A stretch of DNA of 64,000 bases from Verrucomicrobiota bacterium (GCA_028872915.1 JAGWNY010000014.1:3739-67738), one strand, 5' to 3'. Positions 43,101 to 53,039 are shown, numbered from the stretch's first letter. Program-made: numbers and translations. Notes: generated by a model not told the origin, from the letters alone.

Positions 43101-43388
43101 TTACTTGGCGCCCAGAATTGCGTCCTTGGCGGCCTTGGCGACGCGGAACTTGACGACGCGCTTTGCGGGAATCTGGATGGTTTCCCCCGTCTTGGGATTG
43201 CGGCCCATGCGGGCGGCGCGGTCTTTCAGCACGAGTTTGCCGATGCCTGGGAGCGTGAACGTGTTCTTGGCGTGCTTGTAGGCGAGCGAGGCAATGTGTT
43301 CGAGAATTTCCGTGGCTTTCCGCTTTGGAATCTCAGCCTTGTCTGCAATTTCGGCGGCCAGTTGGGATTTTGAGAGTGCTTTTGCCAT
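43101..43388 (-). CDS. hup: HU-family DNA-binding protein
   Basis: 95 aa. ...FTLPGIGKLVLKDRAARMGRNPKTGETIQIPAKRVVKFRVAKAAKD is the HU/IHF arm signature (R.GRNP.TGE.I.IPA). Confidence 0.9.
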   Translation of the reverse strand: MAKALSKSQLAAEIADKAEIPKRKATEILEHIASLAYKHAKNTFTLPGIGKLVLKDRAARMGRNPKTGETIQIPAKRVVKFRVAKAAKDAILGAK

Positions 43389-43544
43389 AATCGGTGTCCT
43401 TCCTGTTGTTTGTTATCGTTGTTGTTTTCGTCAAAAGTCGCGTGACGTAAGGCGAATTAAAGGGTTTCAGCCGATTCCCGCAAGAAAAAAATGAAAAAAA
43501 ATTCACCCCTTTTGGGCGGGATGGAAACTTGACTTCCTGAACTG

Positions 43545-44573
43545 ATGGCCCACCATCAGGCGATGCCGCTGTTCGAAATCCAAAGCGAATTCCGCTACGA
43601 AATCGTCCGCAAAATTTTTGAGGGCGGCATGGGCATCGTTTTCGAGGGCGAACAGCTTGGCGCCCAGGGCTTCGTCAAGAGGGTCGCCATTAAAATCATC
43701 CGCCCGAACTTCGCGAGCCAGAAGATGTTCATCGAAAACTTCATCGGCGAGGCGAAGCTCGTGGCCGACCTGATCCATACGAACATCGTGCAAACCTATC
43801 ATCTGGGGGAAACGAAAGGCGTCTGCTTTATCTGTATGGAGTTGATCCGGGGCGTGAACCTGGAACAATTCACCCGCCAACTGGCCGATCGGAAACGGCG
43901 GCTCCCCAAGGAGCTGGCGGTATTCATCACGAGCCGCGTGGCCCGGGGACTCGCCTATGCCCATGCGAAGAGCGACAAAGACGGACGCGCATTGGGCATC
44001 GTTCATCGGGACGTGAGTTTCAAAAACATCATGATTGCGTTCGAAGGCGACGTGAAAGTGACTGATTTTGGCATCGCCAAGGCCCGGGGCTTCCTCACGG
44101 ACCAGGAAGGCGAAGTCGTAGCCGGCAAGGCCGATTACATGAGCCCCGAACAGGCCGATTTCCAGGTGACGGACCGCCGTTCCGACATTTTTTCGGCCGG
44201 CGTGGTCCTCGCTCATTTGCTCCTGGGCAAAAATATCTTCAAGGGGGCCGATGCCGAGGAATCCCGGCGCCGCATATTGAAGATGGAGATTCCCGATTTC
44301 AGGAAAGCCGATTCCCGCATAGACGAACCGCTCAATCGCATTCTCCACCGCTGCCTAGCCCGGGAACCGGCCAACCGTTACTCAAACGCCGATCAATTGC
44401 TTTACGACCTTGAATACTACATTTACCACGACGGCTACGGTCCCACCAACGAAACGCTGGGCAAATTTACCCGCGAACTTTTCGGCCAGGCCCAAGCCGC
44501 CGCCGGCGCCGCGGCTGACAGCCTGCTGGAACACACCGTCCGTGTTCACAACAAGGACAAGGCCCGTGCATAA
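43545..44573 (+). CDS. Hanks-type serine/threonine protein kinase, catalytic domain only
   Basis: GGMGIVFEG glycine loop, VAIKIIRP, HRDVSFKN catalytic loop, VTDFGIAKA, YMSPEQ. The antisense ORF 43503-44348 is a shadow. Confidence 0.8.
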   Translation: MAHHQAMPLFEIQSEFRYEIVRKIFEGGMGIVFEGEQLGAQGFVKRVAIKIIRPNFASQKMFIENFIGEAKLVADLIHTNIVQTYHLGETKGVCFICMELIRGVNLEQFTRQLADRKRRLPKELAVFITSRVARGLAYAHAKSDKDGRALGIVHRDVSFKNIMIAFEGDVKVTDFGIAKARGFLTDQEGEVVAGKADYMSPEQADFQVTDRRSDIFSAGVVLAHLLLGKNIFKGADAEESRRRILKMEIPDFRKADSRIDEPLNRILHRCLAREPANRYSNADQLLYDLEYYIYHDGYGPTNETLGKFTRELFGQAQAAAGAAADSLLEHTVRVHNKDKARA

Positions 44574-44604
44574 GCGTCTGCTCCTCCCAAGTGCATGGCC
44601 CCGC

Positions 44605-45003
44605 TCAGTTCTGGAACGTCAGCAAGCCGTTCTGCTGCAACTTGGCAAAACGGTCTTCACCAAGGTAGTTGACCACCGTCTGCTGGTCTTGCGTTGAAAA
44701 ATTCCGGATGTCCTGTTGGATGTCGTTCCAGTTCACAGGGTACCCCACTTGTGCGAGCGCTTGCGCCTTTTCCCGAAACCGCTGAATGTCCTGCCCATAG
44801 GCATGGTAGGTATCGTAAAGATAACTCACATCGCTCTCGCTCAATTGAAAGGCGCTCTTGTAGAGGTGAAGGGCTTGATAAGTGGGGTCCTGCGCCCTCT
44901 GATACTGCGCATAGCCGTCGGCGCCCAGGATTTGTTGAAATGCCTGGTCCCGCGCCAGAGGTTCATCCCGCGTCGCGCCGGTAGCGACAATTGCGCGGGA
45001 CAA
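44605..45003 (-). CDS. hypothetical protein (132 aa), last gene of the GldA/F/G-like operon
   Basis: Co-oriented, 4 nt after the DUF4340-like gene stop. Helical and Gln/Tyr/Asp rich. No family recognised. Confidence 0.4.
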   Translation of the reverse strand: MSRAIVATGATRDEPLARDQAFQQILGADGYAQYQRAQDPTYQALHLYKSAFQLSESDVSYLYDTYHAYGQDIQRFREKAQALAQVGYPVNWNDIQQDIRNFSTQDQQTVVNYLGEDRFAKLQQNGLLTFQN

Positions 45004-45007
45004 CCCG

Positions 45008-46798
45008 TTATGGGGAAGGCCGTGCGGGAAGCGTCAGATACTGCGAAACGAGTTGATACGCCCCCGGCGGAAAAATGAACGCCCATTCGCCGTGGTCCAG
45101 CTTCACGGACGCCAGCGCGCTTTCACCGGAAATCGGAAGGCCAAATTCGACGCTGCATTTCTTTCCATCGTTCAGAACCACCGTAACGCGCAAGCTGTTC
45201 GTTGTGAAACCATAATAGCCGGGGTGTTTGAGATTATGGCCGGCCCAGCCAACTGCCGTGAGATGAGCCAGTTCCTGGACGGCCTGGTCGGTCCCATTCT
45301 CGTCAAGAATACCGGTTGAATCGGCAGCCAGATCCCATTTTCCAGGCCCGCCGTGGAGAATCCGCCGCTTCCGGCCGGCTTCGTCGAGGAGCACTTGCGT
45401 CACGTCATTCACATTAAAGTTCCAAATCCGACGGCTCCGAAATTCCCAAGCCTGTTCGGGCAGCCGGTTGTAATCCTCCATCGTGATCCCATAAATGAAA
45501 TTTTCGCGCGGGCGGCGCACATACACCTCATTGTTCTGGTTGGTGCCCAGTTCCACGTTGGCAATCACGTTGTTGGAGCCGCCAGTGGCCGGGCGCAGAA
45601 TGATTTCCCGCGACGGCTTGTCCAAGCCATAAGCGGGCAAATCCGCCGGCGTGACCGCGTCCTTGACAAAATCCGCAATATGCAGCGACGCGAGCGTGCG
45701 GATGAGCAATTCCACGTTGGCCGCGTCCACCGGAAAGGCGTACCCTGGAATTTTCCAGTCATTCGTGCCCTCCCGCCGCAAAACAAAATGGTTCGTGCCA
45801 GGACCGCGCATTTCGATTTCCGCCACCGGCGCGGTTAATTCCAGCAAATTCGTATCCCGGAAACTGTTCACGGCGCCATACCATGGCGCAAACGTGGCGG
45901 CGACGGTCGTGAACACCGTATCCAATCCCACCCGCTCCCCGTAAATTCGTGAGGCATCATTCGTGAGGGCGTTTCCCAGTTGAAAAACCACGGGCAGCCC
46001 CGCGCCGGCGAGGGATAAAGTCAGATTCGGCGGCTGAAGGCCCAGGTGTGCCAGATCGTTGGTGGAACTCACTCCGATGAATTGCTGAATTTCGCCCTGC
46101 TGGATGCGTTGGAGTAATTCAGCTATGTGGCCTGAATCGGCCCGTGCCTGCAATGGCTGCGTCATCCGCCACAACCGCGTGCCGGGGTCGCGGTGAAAGG
46201 CCATCGCCAGCCCCTTTATGCCGTTGGTCACCAGGATCGAATCAAAGTTCTCCATCACGCCGGCCAGCGATCTGTCCCGCCAGTCATCGGCGGAACGTGG
46301 AATCAATTTGAGCCAGTTCGCATCCGTCACGAACGCGCCCGGCACGCCCACCACCCTCAAATACACGGCGTCTCCGGGCGCGGTTTTTTTTCCGACGATG
46401 ATCTGCCATCGCTGGTTGTCCGATTCAATGACCAGCCTCGGCGCGGCCGTGAGTCCATATTGGGCGTCAGCGTCCTTATGCTTGAGTAATTCGGCGGCGC
46501 TGATTCGCGGCGCCGCGGTGAGTCGTTGCAGGGCGTCCAGCAGGGCCTCGATGGCGGCCGACTGCGCGGGAAAAACCATTGGCTGGATGAGGGCCCAATT
46601 TCCATTCGTGAGGTTCGCCTGGATTTCCGGCGCGTTTGTGGGATGAATCTCGATACTCGTTACCGAGGCTGGACTCAGGTTTGGCAGCACCAGCACCGGC
46701 CCCGCCGCAGGGGGCTGAAGATACTGATGGACGGCAAAAATTGCGCCCGCCAACGCCGCCGCAATCACAAACCAGATACTTGTGGTCTTTGAGTTCAT
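45008..46798 (-). CDS. DUF4340-like periplasmic protein
   Basis: N-terminal TM anchor (TSIWFVIAAALAGAIFAV) and a long beta-rich body. It sits directly downstream of a GldG-like gene, the usual context of DUF4340. The assignment rests partly on context. Confidence 0.55.
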   Translation of the reverse strand: MNSKTTSIWFVIAAALAGAIFAVHQYLQPPAAGPVLVLPNLSPASVTSIEIHPTNAPEIQANLTNGNWALIQPMVFPAQSAAIEALLDALQRLTAAPRISAAELLKHKDADAQYGLTAAPRLVIESDNQRWQIIVGKKTAPGDAVYLRVVGVPGAFVTDANWLKLIPRSADDWRDRSLAGVMENFDSILVTNGIKGLAMAFHRDPGTRLWRMTQPLQARADSGHIAELLQRIQQGEIQQFIGVSSTNDLAHLGLQPPNLTLSLAGAGLPVVFQLGNALTNDASRIYGERVGLDTVFTTVAATFAPWYGAVNSFRDTNLLELTAPVAEIEMRGPGTNHFVLRREGTNDWKIPGYAFPVDAANVELLIRTLASLHIADFVKDAVTPADLPAYGLDKPSREIILRPATGGSNNVIANVELGTNQNNEVYVRRPRENFIYGITMEDYNRLPEQAWEFRSRRIWNFNVNDVTQVLLDEAGRKRRILHGGPGKWDLAADSTGILDENGTDQAVQELAHLTAVGWAGHNLKHPGYYGFTTNSLRVTVVLNDGKKCSVEFGLPISGESALASVKLDHGEWAFIFPPGAYQLVSQYLTLPARPSP

Positions 46799-46823
46799 CG
46801 CCTTCCATTTTGAAAAAATCGGC

Positions 46824-48278
46824 TCATTTCCGCCGCGTCATCCAAATGATGCCCCCCAGCAACAACACGCCGCCCGGCAGGGCGCCCAGAAGCAGCCAGG
46901 AAATGTCCAGCCGTTGCCGCGGAGTCAGCATGAGCCGAAATTCGCTCATCGGTCGCGGGCCGATTCCCTGGAGCAGGCCCGGACGGTCCACCAGCCAGTT
47001 GACAGTGAAGCCCGCAAAATCGCGGTTCGCTCCGCCCTGAATGTAATAATTGCCAAAACAAAATGAATCTCCAACCACGACAATTCGCGCGACACCACCC
47101 GCCGCCGCGCCATCCTGCGCCTGCTGGACTGCCGCCATCAACGGATAAGCGCGCGGCGGCACGTTCGTTTCGATTCCCAGCGTGGATTGCTGGCTCGAAA
47201 AGGCCAGTTCCGTCACCTTCGGCCCTTGCGGTCCCGAATCTTTCGGCGTGGCGGCCAGGACCGGGCGCGGACGGATCATTTGGAGGGCCAAATCGTTTGC
47301 CTTCAGTGACGCGACGATCGGATGGTCTCCGTATCTGGAGACCTTGACGTCATCCCCGGTGATGGTATAAATGTCCTTTACATAGTCATCGCCGACGATG
47401 ACTCCCCAGTGTTTCAACAACGGCTCCAGGCCCGTTGGCTGGCCGACCGAAAGAAAATTGAACAACATCAACAGCCGTCCGCCGCGGTCCAGATAGGCCT
47501 CGATCTTATCCAGTTCCGGCGCGGGCAAGCTTTTCACGGGCGCCGCAATCACGAGCAGGTCGCAATCCGCCGGCACCGCCGCCACACCGGATAAATCCAG
47601 GTTGGCCGGCGCGATGTAATTTTGCGCCAGCAAGGCCGCAAATTTGCTGAAGCCGTAATCGCCCGTGTCCGTAATCAAACCTTCGCCATCCCCGGTCAGG
47701 AAATACGCCTTCAACGGTTTCGCGTTCTCCAGGGCCAGAAGCGCCGAAGTGAAGAACAACTCTGAATTGTAAGCGACCGGTGAAAATTCCAGTTTCCTGT
47801 CCTTGGAAACGCCGGTCACGCCATACCGCAACATCTGCTCCCCGGACAAGACCTTGAAGCGCCCGCCGATGTCGAAGATGATCAAATTCCTGTCATTGGA
47901 GTATCCCAGACCGTATCGCTGTTTGATGTCCTGGGCCCGCGTCCTGTCCAGATTGTAATCCACCGTGCGAACCGTGATGTTTCGATTCGCGTTCCGATAA
48001 GCCTCCAGCATGGACTCAATGTCGGGATAAAACTTGTCCTGCATATCGTAATACAGCGTGACCGTCACCTTGTTGGTGAGCGCCTCCAGGACGTTCATCG
48101 TGCGCGGGGACAAGTGGATCCGTGTTTTGGCACTCAAGTAAAACCGGTGGGGGAATTGCGCCCCGAGGTAATTGACCATGCCCACCACCGCCACAACCAG
48201 GGCCGTGCGGGCCAACAGCGAGAAACCGATGCTCCACTTGCGCGCGGCCGAAAAACTGGGTTTGTTGTCTTCTGGCAT
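46824..48278 (-). CDS. GldG-like ABC-transporter auxiliary component
   Basis: N- and C-terminal TM anchors and a large periplasmic domain with VTVTLYYD...ITVRTVDYN..., typical of the ABC_transp_aux family. Follows the ABC-2 permease. Confidence 0.65.
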   Translation of the reverse strand: MPEDNKPSFSAARKWSIGFSLLARTALVVAVVGMVNYLGAQFPHRFYLSAKTRIHLSPRTMNVLEALTNKVTVTLYYDMQDKFYPDIESMLEAYRNANRNITVRTVDYNLDRTRAQDIKQRYGLGYSNDRNLIIFDIGGRFKVLSGEQMLRYGVTGVSKDRKLEFSPVAYNSELFFTSALLALENAKPLKAYFLTGDGEGLITDTGDYGFSKFAALLAQNYIAPANLDLSGVAAVPADCDLLVIAAPVKSLPAPELDKIEAYLDRGGRLLMLFNFLSVGQPTGLEPLLKHWGVIVGDDYVKDIYTITGDDVKVSRYGDHPIVASLKANDLALQMIRPRPVLAATPKDSGPQGPKVTELAFSSQQSTLGIETNVPPRAYPLMAAVQQAQDGAAAGGVARIVVVGDSFCFGNYYIQGGANRDFAGFTVNWLVDRPGLLQGIGPRPMSEFRLMLTPRQRLDISWLLLGALPGGVLLLGGIIWMTRRK

Positions 48279-48282
48279 TTCT

Positions 48283-49044
48283 TTATTTCCAGCGCCGGCT
48301 TTCCACCACCCGCAGCGTCAAAAACAGGAATAAAAACATGGCGCTGCCGTTGAAGATCATCGCGCGCGTGTCCGCCACGCCTCGCGTAAAGTCCTCCATT
48401 TGCCGGAACAAATTGAAATAATACAGAACCGATGCAGTCCGCCACGGCCCCGTCTCCGGAATCACCTGCGCGTACGCCGCGTACGCCGCCAGGAAAAAGA
48501 TAATCCCAATGGCCAGGCTCATCATTGCCGCCGTCATCTGGCTCCGCGTCAACGACGAAGTGAAGCAGCCGATGGACAGAAACAGGCAGCCGCTCAGAAA
48601 AATTCCCAGATACATCCCGCCCAAAAGGCCCTTGTCCAGCGCATGGGCCTGGTTGGTAAAATGGGATACAATGAGGAGGCAACCGAGCGTGGGCAGCCAC
48701 ATGACCATGTAAAATGTCAAGGCTGCGACGAATTTGGCCGCCACCACCGACACGTCGCCCACCGGCGCCGTCATCAACGTTTCATAGGTGCCCGACGCCT
48801 TCTCAAATGCAAACAGGCGCATCGTGATGACAGGCGCGGTCAAAATGACGATGATCCAGAAAACCGAACTGTTGAAAAAAATCTCCGTGACCGGCAGCGG
48901 AAACGCCTCCGTGCCCATGTTTTTGATGAGCATGACAAATGTCGCCCCGATCAGCAAGGTGACCGCCGCAATCACCACGTAGCCCGTTAGGGAAAGAAAA
49001 AAAGCAGCCAGCTCGCGCCGCAATAGTATCGCAAACGCCCTCAT
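48283..49044 (-). CDS. ABC-2 type transporter permease (GldF-like)
   Basis: MRAFAILLRRELAAFFLSLTGYVVIAAV... with 6 TM helices. The ATG at 49044 overlaps the ATPase stop. Confidence 0.75.
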   Translation of the reverse strand: MRAFAILLRRELAAFFLSLTGYVVIAAVTLLIGATFVMLIKNMGTEAFPLPVTEIFFNSSVFWIIVILTAPVITMRLFAFEKASGTYETLMTAPVGDVSVVAAKFVAALTFYMVMWLPTLGCLLIVSHFTNQAHALDKGLLGGMYLGIFLSGCLFLSIGCFTSSLTRSQMTAAMMSLAIGIIFFLAAYAAYAQVIPETGPWRTASVLYYFNLFRQMEDFTRGVADTRAMIFNGSAMFLFLFLTLRVVESRRWK

Positions 49045-49988
49045 TCCTCCTCCTCGTCCGGCGGCTGCGTGATTTGCACGTAAATGTCCTCCAGCGAATG
49101 CCGGTTCCGCGTGAGTTCCCGCATGAGCCATCCGTTTTGTCGCGCCGCTTCATACACCACCGCCCGCAGGTCCGTTCCATTGCGCGGCGTGAGCGTGCAT
49201 CGCAGGAACCCATCGTCGCCATCCATGATGTCGAAACTTTCGACTTCCGGCAGTTGCAAGAGCGCCTCCCGCAGGCTCAACAACGGCGCGGCAATTTCCG
49301 CAACGATCTGCCGCCCGCCGGTGACGGTCCGCTGCAAATTTTCCGGCGTGTCCGACGCTAGAATGCGTCCGTCATACATGATCAACATCCGGCTGCACAT
49401 CATTTCCGCCTCCGGGAGGATATGCGTCGAAATGAGGACCGTGTGTTTCCCCGCCAGGCTTCGGATCAACTGCCGCACCGCCCGGATTTGGTGCGGGTCC
49501 AAGCCGATGGTGGGTTCGTCCAGAATGATTAATTCCGGCTCATGCACCAACGCGTCTGCCAGGCCCACGCGCTGCCGGTAGCCTTTCGACAACTGTCCGA
49601 TGATCCGCCGGTTCACCTGCGTCAGCCCGCATTGCTCCATAACCGTGGCCACCCGCTCCCGTGACCTGCGCCAGCCCAGGCCCTTGAGCCGCGCCCGGAA
49701 TTTCAAATACTCCCGCACCCGCATTTCTCCCGGCAGCGGATTGTTCTCCGGCATGTATCCGATCCGCCGCCGCACGTCGTCCGCCTGGCGGAAGACGTCG
49801 CAGCCCGCCACACGCGCCGTCCCGCTCGTGGCCGGCATGAAACAGGAAAGAATTCGCATCGTGGTGCTCTTGCCGGCCCCGTTCGGTCCCAACAACCCTA
49901 CAATCTCTCCGCGCGCCACCGAAAAGGATATGCTCTGCACCGCCGTCCGCCCGGCATATCGCTTTGTCAAATTGATCGCTTCAATCAT
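49041..49988 (-). CDS. ABC transporter ATP-binding protein (GldA-like)
   Basis: Walker A GPNGAGKST, signature LSKGYRQRVG, Walker B LIILDEPT. Start at MIEAINLTKRY. Confidence 0.9.
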   Translation of the reverse strand: MIEAINLTKRYAGRTAVQSISFSVARGEIVGLLGPNGAGKSTTMRILSCFMPATSGTARVAGCDVFRQADDVRRRIGYMPENNPLPGEMRVREYLKFRARLKGLGWRRSRERVATVMEQCGLTQVNRRIIGQLSKGYRQRVGLADALVHEPELIILDEPTIGLDPHQIRAVRQLIRSLAGKHTVLISTHILPEAEMMCSRMLIMYDGRILASDTPENLQRTVTGGRQIVAEIAAPLLSLREALLQLPEVESFDIMDGDDGFLRCTLTPRNGTDLRAVVYEAARQNGWLMRELTRNRHSLEDIYVQITQPPDEEEE

Positions 49989-50126
49989 CAAGGCTTTGGG
50001 AGTGTAGCGCGAAAAAAGCGTTACAGGCAACCGCGCATTTCCACATTTAACAGGCAGAAATCCCGTTGGTTGCGTTCAAATTTATCCAATTGACTTTCTC
50101 CGGCCAAAAGCGCAAAAGCAACGCCG

Positions 50127-51566
50127 GTGCCCCTTCCATCGGAATACCTTTATCGGCGGTGGCGTGCGCAAGTCACCCATGCTGCATTTTTGCGTGATGA
50201 ACGTTTTCCCGCTGAACGTCTCCTCCAAGCCATCTGGCGCCATCAACGACTGCGCCGCGACCGGTTGCAAACCGCCGACGGACGCGTCGTGCGCGTTTTT
50301 CATCCCGGTTTTTCGAGCGCTGAAGGCGGCCCTGATTTTCGCGCTGCCGTCCTTCAAATCGGAGCCGACCCGCCGCAATCCGGCGACGTCGAAATAGATT
50401 TGCAAACGTCTGGCTGGCGTGCGCATGGCCATGACCGGAATAGTCGTTTCAAGAATGTCCTGCTCCAGGTCGTCTGGGACCATGCTGCTTCTTCGGCCCC
50501 TCCGGCTGATGGTCTGCCTCCTGTCTTGGCCCTGAAAAATTTCCTGGATTCCTCCCTCGAACAATTGAGCCGCTCTCTCGAGGAGGATCCACCGTCCGTC
50601 CTTCCCGAACCCTGGCGCGGCAAATGCCGGGCGCCGCTGGCGCAATTGGACCTGCCGCGACGGGAGCAATTGTTGGGCGCCGCCGCCTGGGTCCGTTTTG
50701 AAAACAAGGCCGCCCTGTTCCGCATTCGGGCAAAGGATGCTGGATGGGAACAGGCGCTGTGGGAAGGCCTCTTCCGCGCCCTCGGCTACAAGCATAACGC
50801 CTGGCCGATGCAGGCCCTGGCTGAAATCAAACCGCGCTGGTCGCCGCCTGCCGGCTCCGCATTCGTCTTCCAGGCCCGTCTGCTGGGCCTCAGCGGCCTG
50901 CTCCCCGCCGAGTTGCCCTCCTCCAAAACCGGCGGCCAGCCTCACCTTCGCCGTCTCTGGGATTTCTGGTGGCGTGAGCGCGATCAATTCGCCACGCTGT
51001 CCCTGCCTCGTCCTGCCTGGAAACTTTATGGTCTGCGGCCCGCCAACCATCCGCAACGCCGCCTTGCTCTGGCCTCCCACTGGCTGGCCGACCGCGATTT
51101 CGTTTCAAAAATCGAGGCTTGGGCCGATCCTCGATTCGCCGAAAACCTCTCCCACTCTCTCCATACCCTCCTTCAACCGGCTGCCGATGATTTTTGGTCC
51201 TGGCATTGGACGTTTCGCTCCGCCCGTTTGCCAGCCCCGCAGCCGCTATTGGGCGCCGCGCGCGTCACCGATCTCGCCGTCAACGTGATTCTCCCCTGGC
51301 TGTGGATACGGGCCGTCGAAGGCAAAAACGAACCGTTGCAGCGCGAAATCGAACGGCGATACAAATCTTGGTCCGCTGCGGAAGATAACGCCATCCTCAA
51401 ACTGGCCCGCCAGCGGTTGCTTGGTCTCTCCAATCCCCGCGCAACAAAAACCGCCGCTGCCCAGCAGGGCCTCATGCAAATTGTCCGGGATTTTTGCAGT
51501 CATTCCAATGCCCTTTGCGAAAATTGTCTCTTTCCCGAATTGGCGGCGGAATTTGGAACGTTTTAA
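50127..51566 (+). CDS. DUF2851 family protein
   Basis: ERLLQAIWRHQRL....LQTADGRVVRVFHPGF.S.EGGPDFRAAVLQI....SGDVEIDLQTSGWRAHGHDRN matches the DUF2851 N-terminal signature. Confidence 0.7.
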   Translation: MPLPSEYLYRRWRAQVTHAAFLRDERFPAERLLQAIWRHQRLRRDRLQTADGRVVRVFHPGFSSAEGGPDFRAAVLQIGADPPQSGDVEIDLQTSGWRAHGHDRNSRFKNVLLQVVWDHAASSAPPADGLPPVLALKNFLDSSLEQLSRSLEEDPPSVLPEPWRGKCRAPLAQLDLPRREQLLGAAAWVRFENKAALFRIRAKDAGWEQALWEGLFRALGYKHNAWPMQALAEIKPRWSPPAGSAFVFQARLLGLSGLLPAELPSSKTGGQPHLRRLWDFWWRERDQFATLSLPRPAWKLYGLRPANHPQRRLALASHWLADRDFVSKIEAWADPRFAENLSHSLHTLLQPAADDFWSWHWTFRSARLPAPQPLLGAARVTDLAVNVILPWLWIRAVEGKNEPLQREIERRYKSWSAAEDNAILKLARQRLLGLSNPRATKTAAAQQGLMQIVRDFCSHSNALCENCLFPELAAEFGTF

Positions 51567-51650
51567 GAAAAACCGCCGCCTCGCGCGCAAAGGACACAAA
51601 GGCCCAAGGTTTGTTGAAAAGGAATTCCCAGACCGCTGTGTAACAACCGG

Positions 51651-52361
51651 TCACTTCGCCTCAATGTTTGCGAACGGGTTATTCACAAAACCCGTGGACG
51701 GTGTTTCAATCGGGAACTTCTTTGGACTTTGGCTGGAAGGAACCGGAAGCCGATTCACCGCGTGTGCCGCCGGCACCGGTTGGCTGGTTCCCGTCTTGTT
51801 GGGGTTTTTTGCCCGTTTGTTGCGCGGCAAGGGGCTGATCATCGCATTGATGCCGCGCCCGATAAGCTTTGGTTGGAAATCCGGATGACCATAAGGCGCA
51901 ATCCGCTCCATGAAACTTTTAAGCACCTCAAAGCCCACTTCTGTATGCGCCATCTCCCGTCCCCGGAATTTCAGCGCCACCTTTACCTTCATGTCTTCGC
52001 AAAGAAAACCTATGGCGTGCGCGACTTTGATCCCCAGGTCGTGAGGATCAATGCGTGGACTCAATTGCACTTCCTTGACCGTTGAGGCATGCTGATGTTT
52101 TCTGGATTCCTTCTCCTTCTTCGCCTTTTCGTAGCGGAACTTTCCGAGATTGACGAGGCGGCAAACCGGTGGAGTGGCGGTCGCGGCCACCTCCACCAGG
52201 TCCACACCGTGTTGCCGCGCAAGCGCGAGGGCCTCATTGAGGGTCTTCACGCCAAGTTGTTTTCCGTCAATTCCGATAACGCGGACTTCCCGGGCGCGGA
52301 TTTTTCCATTGACCCGGACGAAGGAATCGGATGAATGACGTGAGGGAAAAGGGCGGCTCAA
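51651..52361 (-). CDS. infC: translation initiation factor IF-3 with C-terminal extension
   Basis: VNGKIRAREVRVIGIDGKQLGVKTLNEALALARQHGVDLVEVAATATPPVCRLVNLGKFRYE plus the C-domain. The track start is a TTG. An extra Pro/Asn/Lys-rich tail of about 60 aa follows. Confidence 0.85.
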   Translation of the reverse strand: MSRPFPSRHSSDSFVRVNGKIRAREVRVIGIDGKQLGVKTLNEALALARQHGVDLVEVAATATPPVCRLVNLGKFRYEKAKKEKESRKHQHASTVKEVQLSPRIDPHDLGIKVAHAIGFLCEDMKVKVALKFRGREMAHTEVGFEVLKSFMERIAPYGHPDFQPKLIGRGINAMISPLPRNKRAKNPNKTGTSQPVPAAHAVNRLPVPSSQSPKKFPIETPSTGFVNNPFANIEAK

Positions 52362-52550
52362 GACACCCTCGTTGGTTTTGGCATGGGTCTGTAATTATCC
52401 ATCAGTAATTGGCACGCGGCCAATCAACATCATTCGTTTAATAAACCATTCTTTTGTTCTTATGCAAGCAAAATTTATCTCAAATTCAATGGCCGCCGTC
52501 ATTCTTTTTCCCCTGGTTTTTCAGCCTTTGACTTAAAACGCTCTGACCAT

Positions 52551-53039
52551 CTAATGATGATGCCGGAAGAGCCGCTGGCGGTTGAGATATAAATACAAAA
52601 CAATCAGAACATTAAACGCGAGGATGCCCGCCAGATACCAATGCGGATGGATGACCAGTTCATGCACTTCTATCGGTATGAAAAACGCCGATTCACCAAT
52701 CGTCAACCACCCTGCCCAGGGCACTCGAAACACCAAGCCCACTCCTTCCACCAATGAAAGCATGCTGTAGAGAAAGGTCCCCAGCGCCGCCGCCCGCACG
52801 CTGGCCGCGGTGACAGTCTTCAGCCGGATGCTGATTTCGGCAAGAAACCGGTTTTCCGGGTCGAGTTTCAGGCCTTCGACAAGTTGGGCGAATAGCGTTG
52901 GCAGATCCTGCCTGGCCAGTTTCAAAAATCCCACCGCCAGCGCCAGTGCCACGATGCCTTTCAGGAGCTTGGCCGCAATGATGAAGTAAAACGTCGGCGC
53001 GCGCCTTTTGCCTTTCACAATGTTTTTATCCCCAGGCAT
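52551..53039 (-). CDS. DUF2127 family membrane protein
   Basis: 4 TM helices, with the LVEGVGLVFRVPWAGWLTIGESAFFIPIEVHEL block characteristic of DUF2127. TGATG overlap with the glyQS stop. Confidence 0.6.
   Translation of the reverse strand: MPGDKNIVKGKRRAPTFYFIIAAKLLKGIVALALAVGFLKLARQDLPTLFAQLVEGLKLDPENRFLAEISIRLKTVTAASVRAAALGTFLYSMLSLVEGVGLVFRVPWAGWLTIGESAFFIPIEVHELVIHPHWYLAGILAFNVLIVLYLYLNRQRLFRHHH

Noticed and set aside
43503-44348. 281-aa minus-strand ORF
   Set aside because: It is antisense to the Ser/Thr kinase gene, whose Hanks motifs are all present, so this is a shadow ORF.
50082-51080. 332-aa minus-strand ORF
   Set aside because: It is antisense to the DUF2851 gene, which has its family signature, so this is a shadow ORF.
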